DNA of 64,000 nucleotides from Camelus ferus (Eukaryota): positions 100,070,001 to 100,134,000 of the forward strand of contig NC_045697.1 of the NCBI RefSeq assembly GCF_009834535.1, read 5' to 3'. A program made the position numbers and the translations under genes. The number at the start of each line of letters is the position of its first letter. The first letter of the stretch is position 1. This document shows, piece by piece, positions 60,746-64,000 of this stretch. The notes below the pieces were generated by a model. It was not told the origin of the DNA. It ran no database searches and was given only the letters and a program-made list of their open reading frames with translations.

Positions 60746-60959
60746 TACCTTATGAGGTTGCTATAGGGATTAAATACTTATTTGTAAAGTGCTTAGTGTT
60801 TGGTAAATAGTAGTGACACCAACTACTTTAAGTGATGTCAGTACAATGTGTAAAGTGACAGGCCATAAACAGATACAAGCAAAAGTGCCACAGAATTCAA
60901 GGAAGGGAACAGCTACTTCCTGAGGAAATTAGGAAGCTATAAGATGGGAAGAACTCTGA

Positions 60960-61490
60960 AGTGTGGAGACTGGAGGAAAGAAATCCAAGGAGAAGAGAAT
61001 TCCCATGAGAAAAGGCATTGCCTGCGGTATCAGCAAACAAAGGATTTTGCAGCCACCCAGCCATCACATTGCAGCCATCCCTGAGGGTGCTACCATCAAG
61101 CCGTCAGCCATTGCAGCCACACCCCCCCCCCCCACCATGCCCCCTGAAGAGACTCAGGACAGGAAGCACAGGATACTGGCCTTAGGTAGCTAAGGGGCAC
61201 ATCAAAGGAATAATTTCAATGAGCCCAGACTTCTGCATTTTCCCAAAGAAAAACACTTAATTCCTTAACTTGAGATATCTGGTTTTCTTTAATTAATAGT
61301 AATCTTTTGATGTTCCGACTACCTGGTCTTTGTTGTAAAAACTTGTATATATCCTGGCTCCTCCCCTTTCTCTTCGGAGCAGTTCTTCAGAGTGATCTGA
61401 GAGGCTGTCTCTCAGGCTTGAAGTTATCAGAAAGTCCGCCAAATAAAACATAGTTCTCAATTTTTTGGTGTGTATTTTTTTCAGTCCATT
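60960..61490 (+). mobile_element. ERV1-class solo LTR (MER41-like, cetartiodactyl type); 5' boundary uncertain
   Basis: TATA-like gtatatatcc, then gcagttcttcagagtgatctgagaggctgtctc, AATAAA, and a 3' end ttttttcagtcca. Confidence 0.6.
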
Positions 61491-63262
61491 GTATGTATGA
61501 AGAACTCAGTTGGAGTGAAAGCTAGACTATTTCAAAAGTAGGAACAGGAAATATATTTGGAAAAGATGGGTCCAAATCAGTGTTTTGAAATCATCTAGAT
61601 GGGCTGAGCAGAAGGAGGTAGGTACAGTGAGGAAAACAATCAGGGACCAGAGCCAGACTTTCCTTCATCTTGTGGTCATGTGCTTAGTCCCTTCCATGTT
61701 GTCTCATCTTCCTGTGTCTCATCTACAGGAAGTCCCTGCAGTGGGGACCAGCTATGCGGACACCAGCCGACACCAGCCTCTCCCTACCATAAACTGTACC
61801 CAATGAGCCCGGTGCCTTCTGTGAGGGTAAATCTGCCACTGGGCTTGGTCTGAAATGTTTGGACCAATTGTGAGAAACTGTATTTCCCTGATTCCCCCTC
61901 TTTATGTTACATAAACATTGTTGGAAAAAAAGAAGAAAAGGAAAGGGTAAGAAGAGCTGTCCCACAAAACCAGGAGTAGCCGTATTAGGGCTGTCGTTAC
62001 AAACACAATGACTTTGTTTGGTAAGCTAACATGCTATGTTAGCAGTTTTACCTGATGGAGGGGGTGGAAATGAATGCAATAAAGTCAACTGCTGCTTACC
62101 TCACTGGCGCGAACGCTGCCCTTCTGTAAAAAAGGCTGGTCTGTTTTCAGGCCCATGATAACAAGCTTGGAATCATTGTGGAGAAAGCAAATTCCCTAAA
62201 GCCAGGCTAGATTTGATTTGGCTCCCTTGGGGTTCTTAAACATTTGACTTAGAGTGAGATGGCGGCTTTTGAGGCAGGCTTTTAAGCCAAAACCAGAGCC
62301 CAGAGAGTTGAGTGTACTGCACAGCGCCCTCAGGGGACAGGGTGAGGGTTGGGTGAAGGTGTCAAATACATAGCAGTGATACCAGTGCCTTGGAAGTCAG
62401 AAACCCTAGCTGTGATCTGGGCTCTGAGATCCAGAGTTAAGGTACTCTTTTAGTTAAGTAAAGGGGTGTTAATGGTACCTTCCCTATCTATATTATAGGC
62501 TGTTCTGAGATGCATATTACACATTATATATAAAAGAGATTTGTAAACAGTAGAGCACTTTTCAACGTATTATAATAAATGGCCACTAATTTCACCCAGT
62601 TGTCCATAGTACTGGGTCTAAGCAGCATGAAAGACAAACCAACAAAACTTAAAGAATAAAGAAGCTGCATCAGATCCTTTTGCTACTAAACTCAATTTCT
62701 TTATTAGTGACTGGAAGAAATCAATCCTTTGGGAATGCAAGTTCTGAGGGAATTGCTGAACCCTCTCCCTTACAGTGTGTCTCACTCCCCTGGGTTCTGG
62801 TAGATGGAGGCTCTGCACTTAAAACTTGACCCTGGTCTAATTATACTGTTTGGCTGGGGCAGCAGAGCTGGCTGGCATTCGTCCCGGGTGTCTAGTTGAT
62901 TAATATAACTGGGGATCATGACATTTGAAGTCAGAATGCCATATTTAACAAGGTTATTACAGTTCAAGACTTCTTTCCTAAGGCAGCATTCTCTCTGTTG
63001 AAAACACAACAGAAAGTAACACATCAGACATCATGTGCCAACGCTGCCATTTCCTTTCATGTTTCCTTCCTTTAATCCCCGAGATTAAGTGATAGCTAAT
63101 TTTGGGCAGTTTATACCAAGTGATCAAAGAAAAATCACTGGAAAGCACCATTAGCAAACTTTGAACTTAAATTGTATTTAGTTTTGACTAATGTACAAAG
63201 TGAACGATTTTTTTTAAGTCCACAGCATAGTTTCTTTGGTACTGTAAAATTTCCTTCCATCC

Positions 63263-63900
63263 TTTTAAATGAAGGTATAATATACAGTAAAATGCGTAAA
63301 TCTTAAGTAAGCTGGATGATTTCTTAAGTATGTACATATTTATGTACACGCTACCCAGATGAAGATATACACTGTTTCCATCACCCCCAAGAGCGCTCTC
63401 CTGCTCCTTTATCAGTCAGTACCCATTTCCTGCTATGAATGCATCATTAGGACTTCTGTCACCACAGACGAGCCCAGCCTGTGGTTGAGTTTCATATAAA
63501 TGGAATCATAAAGCATCTATTCTTTTTGCCGGGCTTCTTTTGTTCAGCGTAATGTCTTCAGATTTGTCTGTGCTCTGATGTACATCAATCGCTTGTTTCT
63601 TTTTCCTGCTGAGGAGTACTCTGTTAAATGAATGTACCCCAATTCAGTTATAGATTTTTCTGTTGTTAGACACTGGAGTTATTTTCATTTTTTGGCTCTT
63701 AAGAATAAATGTGCTCTGATGACCATTCTTGTACAAGTCTTCCTGTGAATGTATGTACTCTTTTCTCCTGGGTATATATCCAAGAGTGAGATCGCTAGGT
63801 TAGAGGATAATGTATGTTTAACTTCAGTAGGAACTGACAAATTTCCAAAGAAGTTGTGCTATTTAAAACTCCCACCACATTATATAACTTTTACTTTTGC
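63263..63900 (-). mobile_element. Old L1 (L1MB/MC-like) 3' end
   Basis: tttccatcacccccaa...ttcatataaatggaatcata...ttcttgtacaagtctt...ttctcctgggtatatatccaagagtg. Confidence 0.8.
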
Positions 63901-64000
63901 AGAGTATACAAAATTATGTTCCTCAAAGAATGAGTTTTTAAAATATCAACTTTCATAAGTAATGACTATTGAGTGGGATGCCTACACCAACATAAATTTC

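Noticed and set aside
62322..62340. CTCF-like motif on the minus strand
   Set aside because: Mismatch at the near-invariant A of the core.

Overview
This is mammalian genomic DNA, most likely camelid: it carries four tRNA-Ala-derived SINEs of the vic-1 type and cetartiodactyl-type L1 3' ends. It contains the 3' part of RNF150 (PA-TM-RING/Goliath-family E3 ligase) on the minus strand. Three coding exons (49673-49577, 43118-42908, 7247-7129) splice in frame with GT-AG sites and encode the C-terminal half of the RING-H2 finger and the acidic tail ending ...DQDCEEVKS*. A 3' UTR of about 7 kb follows, running to or past the left edge of the window. The rest is intron filled with L1, L2, MIR, hAT MITEs, solo LTRs and microsatellites. 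I see no convincing new multi-gene system. The best leads are RNA-processing features at the 3' end: an AG|GT recursive-splice-like acceptor, an internal donor and a U27-CAG acceptor in the UTR; an intronic polyadenylation candidate after the penultimate exon; and an inverted L1 pair. A tailless, probably internally primed L1 endonuclease fragment with a perfect 16-bp TSD is also notable. Gene and repeat family names come from recall of consensus sequences, not from searches, and repeat boundaries without TSDs are approximate.
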